The position numbers were made by a program, and so were the translations under genes. From Octopus sinensis (Eukaryota), in contig NC_043016.1 of NCBI RefSeq assembly GCF_006345805.1, positions 7,688,001 through 7,752,000 on the forward strand: a stretch of DNA of 64,000 nucleotides, read 5' to 3'. The notes beneath the pieces were generated by a model that saw only the letters and a list, made by a program, of their open reading frames with translations, was not told the DNA's origin and ran no database searches. The number at the start of each line of letters is the position of its first letter. The stretch's first letter is position 1. Positions 38,194 through 52,173 of the stretch are shown here, one piece after another.

Positions 38194-40221
38194 GGAACGC
38201 CACATATTCTTATTTTATATATATAGGTACATTAAGCATACACACAAATATTCGTGCATACCTTTATAATCGCTTTTATCTATATCATTTAGAAATACCT
38301 CTTCGTTTTCGTTTCGGTTTTTCAGGTTCCTTTAACTTTGCTTCTATCATTTTCCTTTCACTCTACTTCCACTTTCATTTCACGTCTACGATAGGCAGGC
38401 TAATCTTGAAAATATTAAGTGACAGAAATTCAAATATCAAACCAAAAATCGGACAAGAAACTAGATTCCCGTAGAAATGAAAATTAAAATACTAAATCTG
38501 CATCAAAATTTTTAAAAATGGTTCGCAGAAACTTGAAAATAGTTTCATAAAAAACAAACTATTAGAACATCTAAAAGAACTGAAGACGAATAAAAAAAAA
38601 AAAGAGAAAAAGCCAGTTATATCGCAACATCTTCAAAACACACTAACTATTTTAGATAGAAGATAAAACTTAAAAACGACTGCTTGTAGGCAACTCTGCA
38701 AGACGACAAAGTGTAGTAAGAATTTGCAGTCAAATTAACATTACAAATCAAACATCTAATCAAATACAATTTCCGGTAGTAAATGATAGCATGAAAAAAT
38801 TTGTAGATCAACGCTTTCTCCATTACAGGCGCGGGAATGGCTGTAAGAAGAAAATCGCCTCGTAACCACATCGCAGTTACAGGTTCATACTCACTGTAGG
38901 CGACTTGCTATAGTACCAAACCAAACTAACTAATGCCTCTTGAGTGAATTTAGTGGATGGAAATCGTGTGGAAACGTTGATCTATAAATTATATGTATAT
39001 ATACAAAAACACAACGGAGAATACATACACAGAATAATCCATTTATTATCATAGTCCAGTTGAATTAATGAGTTTATTCACATAGCCTACGCTGTGTTTC
39101 GGTTGATTGTTCTTATCTATATTTACACATTTAAAGTTCATAATGAAGCTGAAAAAAGCAAAAAGCTCCTCAAAACAAATTGACTGATATTTTTCACATC
39201 CTAACAAATGTAGAGTTTATTCCGATTGATTTGTAGCACGAGCGTCTTGGATTCTGTTCTAAAAATAGCTAGAGGTTGATTTTGACCTTAGTGGATAAGG
39301 GATAGGCAGAGTTCAGAAGAACTAGGTCATGTTACTATTACTAATCGGTAGTGCCGATTAACCGTTTATAAACTAGCCACTACCTTTCAATCTATTCGGT
39401 ATGTCCTTATTCCGCCCCTTTGGCCAAATTTATTAACTATGCAGGCTTACAAACTGTTCATACTTTTCCGTATGTCCATAACATATTCTTCTACTCTAGG
39501 ATATCGGTTTGTTAATGTCCCAGTAAATTAGCGAATCGACAGAAAAATCCGATAGAAAAACAGAATAATACTTGGGTCGGTTCTTTCGACTGAAACACTT
39601 CAAGGTCTTGCCCCAGAATGACCGCAGTTCAATTACTAAAAGCGGTAAAGGAATGAAAGAAACATAAAAGGATAATGTTTATCAAGCGATCAGAAGAGTT
39701 CACAAGAATTTGTTCCGAAAAGAAAAAAAATATGCCAGTGAACTTTTGCATCTAGAACGGAAGAAAAAAAAAAGAAAAAGAGAAAAAGAAAAGAAACAGT
39801 GTATCCACAACGTCTGAGGATCGGATCACAACGGTATCAGGGTATCATTTACTAGGTCACGGTTTTCGTGCCGCTAAGTTACGTGACTGTGAAACAAAGT
39901 AAACGAATCTTAGACCGGTGTAAACACACAGATACGAGCAAAGACGAAGCCGCTCATAGTCATCTTTCTACGCATACGATAAACGTATTTGTTTTCCCAT
40001 TTCAATGATTGCTTAAATTTAGTTTGTGCTTATTTTTATGTTGCTTTTTTTTTTTCCTGTTCCTTTTATAATATTATTGGTTTTAAATTTTGGCACAAGG
40101 CCAGCGATTTGAGGGAAGTGGGTAAGTCGATTCTATCGACCCAGTGTTCTATCCACCCCGCGATGAAGGATGAAAGGTAAAAATCAACCTCGGCGGTATT
40201 TGAACTCAAAACGTGAATTAC

Positions 40222-40522
40222 AAAATTACTATTTTAAAATCTCACAGCGTGAGATATTCAACAACTTAACAGCAGTCCTGGTTTAGGGCTAATGTTGTTG
40301 TAATTTAGCCTATACGACACGATCTATGTTCTTATATTTTCGAAGCAAGGAAATCTAGCACCCCCTCTCAGCACGAAACAATATCTGTGTATCGCGATTT
40401 CTGGGTTAATTACAGCAACATTAGTCCTAAACCAAGACTGCCATGTTATGTTGACAAATAATATTTACTACAAAGTACTGCTGCTGAATATCTCACGCTG
40501 CGAGATTTAAAAATAGTAATTT
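40222..40522. mobile_element. MITE-like fold-back with nested TIRs; inverted partial copy at 40637-40795
   Basis: aaaattactattttaaaatctcacagcgtgagatattca / tgaatatctcacgctgcgagatttaaaatagtaatttt; inner gcagtcctggtttagggctaatgttg / caacattagtcctaaaccaagactgc. Confidence 0.85.
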
Positions 40523-40809
40523 TCTAATTTATAAATCAATGACTAGTTGTCACTTGAAAACTATATATCTCGAACGGGAATTTGGCAGCCCCACCTCTAA
40601 CCGAAGAATTATTATGTGCCGATGAAGAGAAATACACCAGAAATCGCGATACACGGATATTGTTTTGAGCTGAGTGGGGGTGTTAGATTCCCTTGTTCGA
40701 AAATATAAGGACACAGATCGTGTCGTATAGTCAGCTGGAGATGATGTCTCCTGGGGCTAAATTACAGCAACATTAGTCCTAAACCAGGACTGCCATTTTA
40801 TTTTGGCAA

Positions 40810-41085
40810 ACAATCTTTACTTCAAAACGTGAAGACAAACAAAATGCCCGCCAAACATTTTGTCCCGCGTGCTAACGACTCTGCCAATTCGACGCCTTCT
40901 TTTTATAATATTGATTTCAAATCTTGGCACAAGGCCAGCAATTTCGGTGGAGGGGTTAAGTCGATTACATCGATGCCAGAACTCAATGTATTTTATCGAC
41001 CTCGAGAGGATGAGAAGCAAAGTCGATTTCGGCGGAATTTGAACTCAAACGTAAATACTGACGATTCTGCCAGCGCGCCGCCATT
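40810..41085 (-). mobile_element. Meta-domain-like SINE(s); another copy at 40075-40220
   Basis: aaagtcgatttcggcggaatttgaactcaaaacg. Confidence 0.8.
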
Positions 41086-41274
41086 TTTTTTTTCGTAATA
41101 CTGAAATCATTTCTGCCTTCATTTACGCAATTTCCATTAGTACAGTATCTCGAAGAACCAATTTTCTGTGTAAAACGACGAACAACTGTATAAATATATG
41201 CATGCATGCGTGTATGTATGTATACATAAATAAATGTATAACTACATATTTACACATAGATATAGGTATATAAG

Positions 41275-41329
<55 letters not shown>

Positions 41330-41839
41330 GCATATACATGATATATCTACACATAAATACATGTATACATACATTCAAATAACTAGGTATACATGTATGT
41401 AGATACATAAGTTTGTTTTTATGTATATATTTGTGTGTGTGCGCGCGTTTGTATGTGCGTGTGTATGTGTGTGTGTGTTTGTGTGTGTGTTTGTGTGTGT
41501 GTGTGTGCGTGCGTGTGTGTGTTTATCTTGTATCCTGCGAGTTCTAATTGGATATTGCACATTTATACATAGACATACACATACATGCATACACACATAC
41601 ATACATACATACATACATACATACATACATACATAAATGTATGCATTCAAACACTTATATGTGCAACCATACATACATATATGCCCATACATACATACAT
41701 GCATACGTACATACATACATACATACATACATACATACTTACACACATACATACATACATACATACATACATACATACATACATGCATGCATGCATACAT
41801 ACATACATACATACATACATACATACATACATACATACA

Positions 41840-41871
<32 letters not shown>

Positions 41872-42164
41872 CATATGTTAATTAAATCTGTCAGCTGTCA
41901 AGTTGAAATAATGGATGAGCGTCTATTTTAAACAGGTAAGTCTCACACTGTCCTAGCTTGCTCTTTCTCTCACTCTCTTTCTTTCCCTCCACCCGATTCC
42001 CTCTATTTTTTCTTCCCTATTAATTCGTGATTCGTTTTCCGGGTTTATTTCTAATCTAAATAAACTGGGAAGTTGTCATCAGGTTTTCTTAAACATTTTT
42101 ACCTTCTTTTTATTATTTTTTTTTTTCATTTTTGATTATATTTATCTTTATTCTGTAAAGTGGT

Positions 42165-43735
42165 CGTATTTATGGTAGTCGTTGCAATAGTATGACGTCA
42201 CATACGACGTGATAGTAGCGAGAATGATCTTCGAACATTTCTTCGATACCGAACACGGAGAATGTTCTGAAACACGCGAACACAAAAGCTATTCGATGCT
42301 CCAGGGTAGCTGAGACGCTACGTGGAACAAGAAAAGCGACGAGCTGGCAGAAATGTTAGCACACCGGGCGAAATGCGTAGCCGTATTTCGTCTGGCATTA
42401 CCTTCTAAGTCCAAATTCCGCCGAGGTCGACTTTACCTTTCATCCTTTCGGGGTCGATATCGACTTAATCCGTTTGTCTGTCCTTGTTTGTCCGCTTTGT
42501 GTTTAGCCCCTTGTGGGTAGTAAAGAAATAGCTACGTGGAACAAGATCACAATTTGGTCTTTGACGGACCCCAACGGGTGTATACTCCCCGATTTCGAAA
42601 AAATGAGTACGGTTTTCCAGCAGAACGTTGCGGAACCATTTTTTGGTGAGCAGCGGATTGACGACAGTAGTCTTTGATGTTTACATGGGTGGTTTGCCGT
42701 GATTCTTGGGCAGTGAGGCAAAGTACCGTGAAAACCCCATTTCGACAGATGAAGTGAAAGGTGAGCGATCCAATGTATAGAGCGCAAATCACCGGGATAG
42801 GGTGGTCGTGTCTTGGCAGCCGTCTGCTACAGACTGGGACTATTCCTAGTCGTATGAGATGAAGAGTAGTGGACACTGCTTAAAAAGAATGAGGGTGCAT
42901 GACAAAACCTTTGTTCAACAGAATTAAAGAGTCTAGCAAAGATGCTTGGCAAGAGACAGACGCTTGGCGCAAACTTGTTTGATTCCTAGCAGATCTATCC
43001 ATGGCGAGCGCCACCTCCTGCGATATATCATAGAGCGGTCTTCGGTGGGTTGCTGGTCAACTTGGTTCAATTCAAAGTTTTCAACAGAGTTGATTACTGC
43101 TTATTTAAATAAAATTAGCAAACTGAGCAAAGATAAATACTTGCCAGCGACATATATTTGAACAACGTAAACAAATACAGGTATATCATATACTATACAA
43201 CTTAATTTCTGAATGCATTGCAATTATCTCCACCTCTAGGTGTTATGTAATAATTACTAAATGCCAAACATTTATGACGATCTGGTGGCTGTCCTAAGAG
43301 CAGGTGGTTTTAATCCCCCTTCTAAGACCGGATCGCTACAATGTACAACAGTGTCTATTCAGTAATGAAACTAAACAACCACCATTTGAAACAGTTAAGC
43401 TTCAAATGCTTGGTTCGTAGAGTGTGCTCTCTTCCTTCTCTCCTATATGTTTTAGCGCTGGAGCCGTTTCTACGGAAGATGGAGACTCTGAAAGGGTCAC
43501 AGGAGAGCCGTGTCTGCATGCATGGACCATGTAGCTGTTGTGATGTCCGACATTTCGGATATGGAAGCGTTGATACTGTACTGAAAGAATATCAGAAGCA
43601 TATAGGAACATACAAGACGAGTCAGTGGGCTTGCAACTCAATACATAGAGCGGCAAGTCCGTGTCAGCTAGCGGAACCTCCTGTCACTGGATCAATTAAG
43701 GTGCTCGGAATTTGGTTTGGGAGTTAACATCTAAA
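42165..43735 (+). mobile_element. Old Tx1-like LINE ORF2 fragment, related to 58126-61558
   Basis: VARMIFEHFFDTEHGEC, RVAETLRG, VFQQNVAE, AQTCLIPSRSIHGERHLLRYIIE, LLYVLALEPFLRK, IKVLGIWFG. Confidence 0.88.
42333..42530 (+). mobile_element. SINE with Tx1-like tail and 16-bp TSD
   Basis: TSD gctacgtggaacaaga at 42317-42332 and 42531-42546. Confidence 0.95.
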
Positions 43736-43739
43736 TAAG

Positions 43740-43930
43740 AAAGAACTAAGTCACGAGCAGGAATGCCAATGTCACCCAGAAATTGGCAGAGAATAAGTTC
43801 ATTAATTACATTATTTACATTTGACGGATATTTGTCCTCATCTTGTTTGTTGTTAACACAACGGTTCGGCTGATATACCCTCCAGCCTTCATCAGGTGTC
43901 TTCTTGGGAAAATTTTTCGATGTTGTTATT
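43740..43930 (-). mobile_element. Small hammerhead-bearing repeat
   Basis: Minus strand cac-CTGATGA-a-ggctg-gagggtatat-cagcc-GAAC-cg...cg-TC. Confidence 0.6.
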
Positions 43931-43939
43931 GTTATTATT

Positions 43940-44099
43940 ATTATTATTCTATGTTTGACTTTTGCTTTATATTTGTACAAGTTGGCTCCAAGTCTCACCC
44001 AGAGACCTCAAGAGACAACAGGTTGGAAGTTCACGTTGTTGTTATGCCTAGTGTGCCATATATTTGGTTTTGTATTTAGCGTTGTACTAGTGAATGTCA

Positions 44100-44100
<1 letters not shown>
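43940..44100 (-). mobile_element. Dong/R4 3' UTR fragment (subfamily A)
   Basis: gtctcttgaggtctctgggtgagacttgga...aataataat tail. Confidence 0.6.
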
Positions 44101-44171
<71 letters not shown>

Positions 44172-44177
<6 letters not shown>

Positions 44178-46268
44178 CATTGTCATTTACTTTTAATCTG
44201 CATGTTTGATGCACTCACCTGCCGGGGCACACCCAGCGCCCTAGGGCAAGTGAAGGTTAAGAGTTGTTGAAATATAGCTGAAAGCTTGGGGAGGGGAAGT
44301 AGAGAAATATCTCCATGTAATACAAACACAAACATTTACATTGATAGGGTTTTTCTAAGGATGTGGGCAGTACTTGTTAGCACAGTCTTTTGGATTTCCT
44401 TGAGACATGGTTTTCCAGGGATATTGTCTAGGTGTTTCTGACATCCCTTTTTTGTCATACCTAGGGCACCTACAATAACAGGAACAGTTTTTGTTTTAAG
44501 ATTCCACATCCTCTGTATTTCGATTTCCAGGTCCTTATATTTACTAAGTTTGTCAAATTCCTTGACAGATACATTTTTATCAGTGGGGACGCTTACTTCT
44601 ATTAGTCTGCAGGTATTTTCTTCCCTGTCTTTAACAATTATGTCTGGTCGATTAGCCTTGATCGTTCTGTCAGTGTTGACTGGAAAATCCCAGAGGATGG
44701 TGACATCTTTACCTTCAACAACTGGCTGAGGATGGTGTTCATACCAGTTAGCAGGAGTGTCGGATTTGTAGTGTTTACATATCTTCCAATGTATATACTG
44801 TCCTACCCTATCGTGGCGATTTTTGTATTCGTTTGGTGTCAGCACAGGACATCCCGAAACGAGATGGTCTATTGTTCGTCAAATGTGTCACAGAATCTGC
44901 ATTTAGGGTCAGTACCGTTTCGGAGAACGTTAGCCTGGTAATTTCTGGTAAACAAGCTTTGATCTTGTGCTGCCATTATGCCTGATTCGCTTTGCTTGCT
45001 TGGTAGCAGTGGTTTCTGGCTTCTTCACCTGATTCAAGGTTAATGCCTAGTTCCCTTCGAACTTATAAGCTTCCTTGACAATAGAATGCAGCTTTTTGCT
45101 GCTTTCGTGTTCACCACACAAGTCGCAGCATCCAGTCTTTTGTACTAGATAGGTACCTGTTCATTCCTACAGTAGAGGTCTTATAGCACAGCTCCAATTG
45201 CATCATTCCTCTCCCCCCGCTGCTTCTAGGTAGGTACAAGCGGTCTACATCTGCCTTAGGGTGGTGCATGCTCCTGGATGTCAGTACTTTCTTGTCTTCC
45301 TGTCCAAGCGTGGAGTTCCGTAAGGTTCCAGTTAATGATGTTAAAACTGTACTGGACTACTGGAAGTGCCAGGGTGTTAATGGCCTCAATGCAATTTTTG
45401 GAGTTGAGTTCAGTCTTCAGTACAAGCCTTATTCTCCTATAGTACTCCTTTCTTATTTTTTCCTTCATAGTAGCATGATGTATACCATCTCCTTCGTTGA
45501 TTCCTAGGTATTTGTAGCTTTCTTGTGGGTCAAGTTCCTTGATGGTAGTGTCAATATCTAATTTAACAGAAGCTGTTTGCCTGAGCTTGCCTCTTACAAA
45601 AGTTGCTTTAGCACACTTATCAAGGCCAAAATCCATTCCGATATCATTGCTAAACTCTTTAACAGTTGTTAGCAGCCCTTCTAGCTCTTGGTATTCTGGC
45701 AAACAGCTTTAGATCGTCCATATAAAAAAGGTGGTTTATTAACTTGCTAAAAACTTTGTACCCATATTTGGCACTATCCAATTCGTTTGAGAGTGGGATA
45801 GTGCCATGCAAAAAAGGAATGGAGAGAGGGAGTCACCTTGAAAGATGCCTCGTTTGATGTTGATGCTGTTGGACTGGCTCATCCCATTACTATGGCTTAG
45901 AAAGAGACGTGTGTTCCACATGGTCATGCTATTCTCTAAGAATTTTGAGACGACAGGGGAGATCTTGTATATCTCAAGGGCCTTGAGTATCCATTTATGT
46001 GGGACACTGTCATACGCTTTCCTGTAGTCTATCCATGCCATACTCAGGTTTTTGTTTTTGCTCCGGCAATTCTCTACAATCATTCTGTTTATGAGCAATT
46101 GGTCTTTGCACCCATAAGAGTTTTCTTTACAACCTTTTTGAGCTTGTGGAAGGATAGAATTTTGTTCAAGGAAAGCGTACATTCTCTCCGTTATTATGGA
46201 TGTGAGGATTTTGTAGGTGGTGTTGAGACATGTTATTGGCCGGTAATTCTTTGGGTTTTTGTGTCTTC
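44172..46268 (-). mobile_element. 5'-truncated Dong/R4 LINE (RT, CCHC, restriction-like endonuclease) in (TAA)n
   Basis: SMAWIDYRKAYDSVPH, GIFQGDSLSP, FYMDDL, CRFCDTFDETIDHLVSGC, RPDIIVKD...LIEVSVP...KLSKYKDL; (TAA)n on both sides. Confidence 0.96.
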
Positions 46269-46307
46269 GTTATTATTATTATTATTATTATTATATTATT
46301 ATTATTA

Positions 46308-46354
<47 letters not shown>

Positions 46355-46360
<6 letters not shown>

Positions 46361-47030
46361 TTAATTTTATTTTTATAGCGTGCTTTCACTTCACTACCGA
46401 GCGCAGCTCTGTGTGTCTTGGGTATGTGCTGTGGTTTGCTGTGATGCTCTGATGGTTACTGTATTGAAAGTGTTTTGCGTAGGATGTGTGCAGTGTCCAG
46501 TAGTGCAATTTTCTGTATGTTATATATATTTGCTAGTCTTGGTGTTTTTATTATCTATTTGTCTGAATATTTTTTATCATGCCCAATGCGCCTACTATGA
46601 TAGGGATTGTTTCTGTTTTTAGATTCCACATTCGAGTTACGTCTATTTCCAGGCCTTTGTATTTTGAACGCTTCTCTATTTCTTTTAGAGACACGTTGTC
46701 ATCTGCTGATATTGATACATCAATCAGAAAGCATTTTTTCTTCATGATCTCTAACAACTATATCTGGCCTATTGGCCTTAATTTCTCTATCTGTGTGTAT
46801 TGACATATCCCAGAGTTATGTTGCTTTCTCTTTTTCTGTGACCTTTTCTGGCGTGTGCTTATACCATCTCTTTTCTGTTGTTATTCCATAGAGTTGGCAT
46901 AGCTTCCAGTGTATGTAGGTCCCAACTCTGTCGTGTCTGTGAATATATTCCTTCTTAGCCAGGATTGGCCAGCCAGAGATAATATGATTTATTGTTTCTT
47001 GTCCATCTCCACATATTCTGCAGCTAATTT
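46355..47030 (-). mobile_element. Dong/R4 LINE 3' fragment (another subfamily)
   Basis: CFLIDVSISADDNVSLKEIEKRSKYKGLEIDVTRMWNLKTETIPIIVGALG. Confidence 0.93.
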
Positions 47031-47377
47031 CTAAATTTTACAGTAAACCATAGGAATTATTTTTAGCTTAATTACTTTATTTACTTGCAGACTTTATTTA
47101 CGATAGGCTCTAGATTCTCAATAGTAAAATAATTTATATGTTCATGGATAAATTCTATCACATTTATTTATTTGGCATTATTTATTTAATTCATTTTATT
47201 CTCTTGATATATTTATTAGTAATTTCCTTTCCTATAATATATTTAATCTATTCATTTATTTAATTTCATTAAATATAATTCTCTTCATTTATTTATTTTA
47301 TTCTTAAAATTTTTTGCTCATGTTACTTTATTTACGTACTATATTATTATTTTATTCATTTATTCAGTTTATTATTA

Positions 47378-47458
<81 letters not shown>

Positions 47459-47494
47459 TATCATTATTATCATTATTATCATATTATTATTATA

Positions 47495-47562
<68 letters not shown>

Positions 47563-47654
47563 GTTATATATATATATATATGTTTACACACAGACATATA
47601 GACACGCGCACTACGCACACGCGCGCACACACACATACTACACACAACATACAC

Positions 47655-47687
<33 letters not shown>

Positions 47688-47773
47688 TGTATGTATGTAT
47701 GTATGTATAAATGTATATATGTATGTATTATGTATGTATGTATGTATGTATGTATATATGTGTGTCCTGTATA

Positions 47774-47811
<38 letters not shown>

Positions 47812-48597
47812 TATATATATATAGATAGATAGTATATATATATAGATACATAGAGAGAGAGAGAACAGACAGACATACAGACAGACAGACAAACAGACAG
47901 ACAGAAATATTATCCCATTCTGCTCATCTAATTATTATTAATGAAACACTTGTCAGAGTTGAGAAACCGGTTTCTATAAATCTCTGTTATTTGTGAAGGA
48001 TGACTTGAAATTCGAAGAACAAGAGATGTCCTGCAGTCGAGCAACAAGCTGGTTAACAACACAGCTATTAATGTACTTTCACTTTCGCAAATATGGCTTA
48101 TTCTTATAGGGATGATATATCACTAAACGAATAAGAGATAATAAAAAAGAAAGAGATGTAATTGTTAATGTTCTTATGATATGACAATCGAGTGATCGTT
48201 TTATTAAAGCCGTGCTATCGTTATAGAGCTCTGATTATTAGATATTTTACATAAAGAAACCAAGAACATAACGGTAGTTCTGCTTGAAGATTTTAAACAT
48301 TAACTGGATTAAGTGTCACTCTCATAGCCCAGTATACTTCATGCAATCTTTAGTATAAAAAAAAACCTTCAGCAGCTTTATTGATTCTCCAATGAGAAGA
48401 AAATGCAAACTGATTAAGAAGAAAGAAAAGCATATCTGTATAGCTAAGAATCTCATATGATTCTAGATCTGATCCTACACTGCGACACATTAAGAAGTTA
48501 TCTGCTACTTTAGCTTTGGGTTCTTGAGAAGATTCATTACATGGACACTGAATTTTGAAAATGAGTCAACCTTTAATCCCATCAGTTATAAATGATT

Positions 48598-51500
48598 ATT
48601 TGCATTTTGTCAGCAGGTTTTCAGTTTTAGGCTTTGCTTCAGCTGGCCCGTAGGACCAGCTTAGGTCGTCGACGGAGGGGACAGCCACAGAGTTTTCTTT
48701 CGGTGGAAAATTCACCATATAAATTTGACGAGGCAGCCTGGTCTCTTTCGTTCTTGCTATGAGGCCTGCCCATGTCAGATGATCTTTCAGGATGGTGACC
48801 TCAGTGCTGCTGCTTTTCGTTCTCTCCAAAACTGAGACATCGGTCACATAGTCATTCCGTTTGATATTCATAATAGAGCAGAGCTTCTGTTGGTGAAATA
48901 GCTCTAGTTTTTGAAGTCACTTCGGCAAAAAATCCAGGTTTCACAACCATAGAGTGGAGATCACGACTGCTTGGTAAACACTCTATTTTGTTTGGGGATT
49001 CAGCTCTTTGTTCTTAAAGCCTCTTTTCGCGAGTCCACCAAACGCAGTGTGAGCCGCTCTTAATCGGTTCTTCACGTCCTTTTCCGATGTGCACTTGTTC
49101 GAAAGCAAACTCCCTAAGTATGAAAAGCGGTCGACTTTTTCCAGTTTCGTCTCTGAGATGTTAATGTTGAGGTCTGGAGATACCTGACTTAGAGCAGGTT
49201 GTGCCAGGATTTTTGTCTTTTTAATGTTGACTTTCAGGACAAACTGAGTGTATGCATTGGTGAAGTTACTCACCGATTGTTGAAGCTGTTTGTTGGGCGA
49301 AGCGGTCTTCGTCCCAGAGATCGCCTCTGTAGTGGGAGAAGTCCGAAACGTGGTCCTTTGCTATTCGTAAGACCCGCAGAAGAGAAAGCAGGTCAACCCC
49401 CGACACCGAGAGCATCGACGGATGGATGAATGCGCATCCAGGCTCAGCGGTTGCGTAGGAAGTCGGGGACAAGAAACTGGAAGTAAGAGTGAGAGAAAGT
49501 TGGAGCGAAAGAGTACAACAGGGGTCGCCACCACCCCCTGCCGGAGCCTCGTGGAGCTTTAGGTGTTTTCGCTCAATAAACACACACAACGCCCGGTCTA
49601 GGAATCGAAACCGTGATCCTCCGACCGCGAGTCCGCTGCCCTAACCACTGAGCCATTGCGCCTCCACTTGTTGAAGCTGTTCACTGGAGTGACAGACCGG
49701 TGCGTTTTCATGAGTATACTGAAGTTCAGTAATCTTTTCATTCCTGATCAGTCTTCGTAACTTAAATCTGGCAAAGTTGAAATTCCCCGTCATATCGGCA
49801 CCTAATGTTGATTCCTGTATTGTCCGAAGACAGTTCATGAAACATTGCTGCAAGATATAGAGAGAAGAGCGTCGGGGCCAAAATGAATCATTGTTTTAAT
49901 CTTCCAGTGATGAAGAAGTCTTCAGACAGTTGGTTTTGATGGAAAATGGTTCCAGTCATACCGTCATGTAATCCCTGTACTAGGGAAAAGGTCTTCCGAA
50001 GCGTCGGAGGACCTTCCACATTGTAGACCTTGGGACGGTATCAAAGGCCTTGTCAAGATCGTAGAAAACGAAATAGAGAGGTTTTTTTTTGTTCGCCACT
50101 CTTTTCTTGTATTTGTCGAGCACAAAAAATCATGTCAGTTGTACATCTGGATGGTAGAAATCCACATTGTGATTCGTGTAGGACTTACTTCATGATGACT
50201 TGGAGACGACCCAGAAGGAACCTTGAAAATATTTTGCCTTCGATGGAGAGCAGTGAGGTCCCACGATAGTTCTCACAGATCTTTCTATCTTCTTTTTTGG
50301 AGCTGGTGATGATAACAGCATCTTTGAGGTCTTTGGAAACACGGCGATTCTTCCATTCGGAGAATCAATGTGAACAGACTGGTGTTTAATAGTCGTCCAC
50401 TATGTTTTAGAAGACCCAATGAGATGTTGTCTGGGCCAGGAGACGTCTAGGGCTTCAGGCAGTTGAGGGCAACCTGGTACTCTTCGTAGGATGGTGACGT
50501 GTTCATCTAGTGTCGAGTTGGATGCATGGGTACGTTCTTCTAGAAGTCTTCCGCCGCGTTGGTGTCTTGGTTCAGAAGACTCGAGAAATGCTCTATCCAG
50601 CGTTGAAGGATATCTTGTCGGTCAGTCGGGATGGTGTTGGAGTCTACTGATTGAAGAGACCCTGTTAATGATCTCACGGGCCCAAAGAGTTCCTTCTTTC
50701 CTGCGAAGAAGTATCTGAGAACACGGGCGTCAGCATAACCTTGGAGCTTTTTGTTGCCACCAGTTTGTTCTGCATCTCTCTCAATTTGTTTGGCATTGTC
50801 TTTTGAGGTTTTGATATCTTACCTTCCTGTGCCGCGAACTTGGATCTTGCTCATGAGAGAGCCGGGTTTGCCGCTTTGCATCAATTAGCTGGCTGATTTC
50901 TTGGTCATTGTCATAAAACCAGTCCTGATGTCTCCTTTTACTGTACTCAATGTTATTTTCAGCCACTTCAGTGATGGTTTTTCGAAGTGTGCTCCATTCC
51001 TTATCCATATCTTGTCAGATGGGATGGAAAGCTGATCTCTGGGTTGTTAAGCTTCGATATGTCAAATTTTCTTCTGACTGATTTTGTTTTCTCAGTTTTT
51101 GGTTTGTTGCTAACCATTATTCGAAGGCAGGTGATGACTAGACGATGGTCTGTCCAGCAATCTTAGGCGCTGTTAGCCGTCCGCGTGATGAGTACGTTTC
51201 TTTTGTCGTGTTGTCGGATGATGGAGTAGTCCAGGAAGTGCCTGTGTCTCGATTTGAGGTGGTTCCAGATGTTCTTGAAGCGATTTGGGAGTCAAAATTG
51301 GGTGTTGGTGATGAAGAGAGTGTTCAGCGCATAGTCCAAGGAGCAAGAATCCATTTTCATTGCCGTTTCCGACTCCTTCGTAGATAGCATTCTCCCATAG
51401 TCTGTCGTCTCTCTCCATTCTTGTATTGAAATCCCCGAAGAGGAAGAGCTTGTAATTTGGTGGTACATTGAGGATCAGATCACTCAGCTGTAGGTAGAAG

Positions 51501-51805
51501 GTATTTTTCACATTGTCATTTGCATCAAGTGTAGGTGCGTAAGCAGAGATCAGCGTCCTAAAGATGGTAGCAGGGATCGGTATTCGGAGAGTCATAAGCC
51601 GTTCATTGATGGCGAAAGATTTCAGATGATGTGCCTTCACAAGCTTGGATTATACAGCAAAAGCGACTGCAAGGATTTTTCTCTCTCCTTCTTCTTTTCC
51701 TTCCAGAAGAAGGTATGACTTGAACCTATCTCTTCTGCCTTTCCTTCCCCGGGTAGACGTGTTTCATTGAGGGCAGCGATGTCGATGTTAAATCTCGCTA
51801 GTTTT
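48598..51805 (-). mobile_element. RTE (BovB-like) LINE: APE and RT, disrupted and internally deleted
   Basis: NIDIAALNETRLPGEG, TLISAYAPTL, LFGDFN, RRHQDWFYDND, VFYDLDKAFDT, FSYLGSLLS, TEVTILKDHLTWAG. Confidence 0.95.
49291..49667 (-). mobile_element. tRNA-SINE with tail type 3 and 14-bp TSD, inserted in RTE
   Basis: TSD ttgttgaagctgtt at 49277-49290 and 49668-49681. Confidence 0.96.
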
Positions 51806-52123
51806 TTAATTTAATTTCTGTTCGACCGCTTGAATAGATGTCCTGTATGTATATATATATATATATATATATGTATATACATACATGTATGTATGTATAT
51901 ATGTATGTATGTATGCATGTATGTATGTATGTATGGAGCGGACTTCCGCGCAATTTCATCCAGCAAATTCTATTTACGAGGTTTTGGTTGATGTGTGGAT
52001 GTGTGACGATCAACCAATCGTCTCCATACACACCTGCTCTCACATTTCGAAATTCTTTGCGCCATGATTTCCCAAACTATAGAACCTATAGTATTGCAAA
52101 ATTCAGTGTAACGTCGCGCTGTA

Positions 52124-52173
<50 letters not shown>

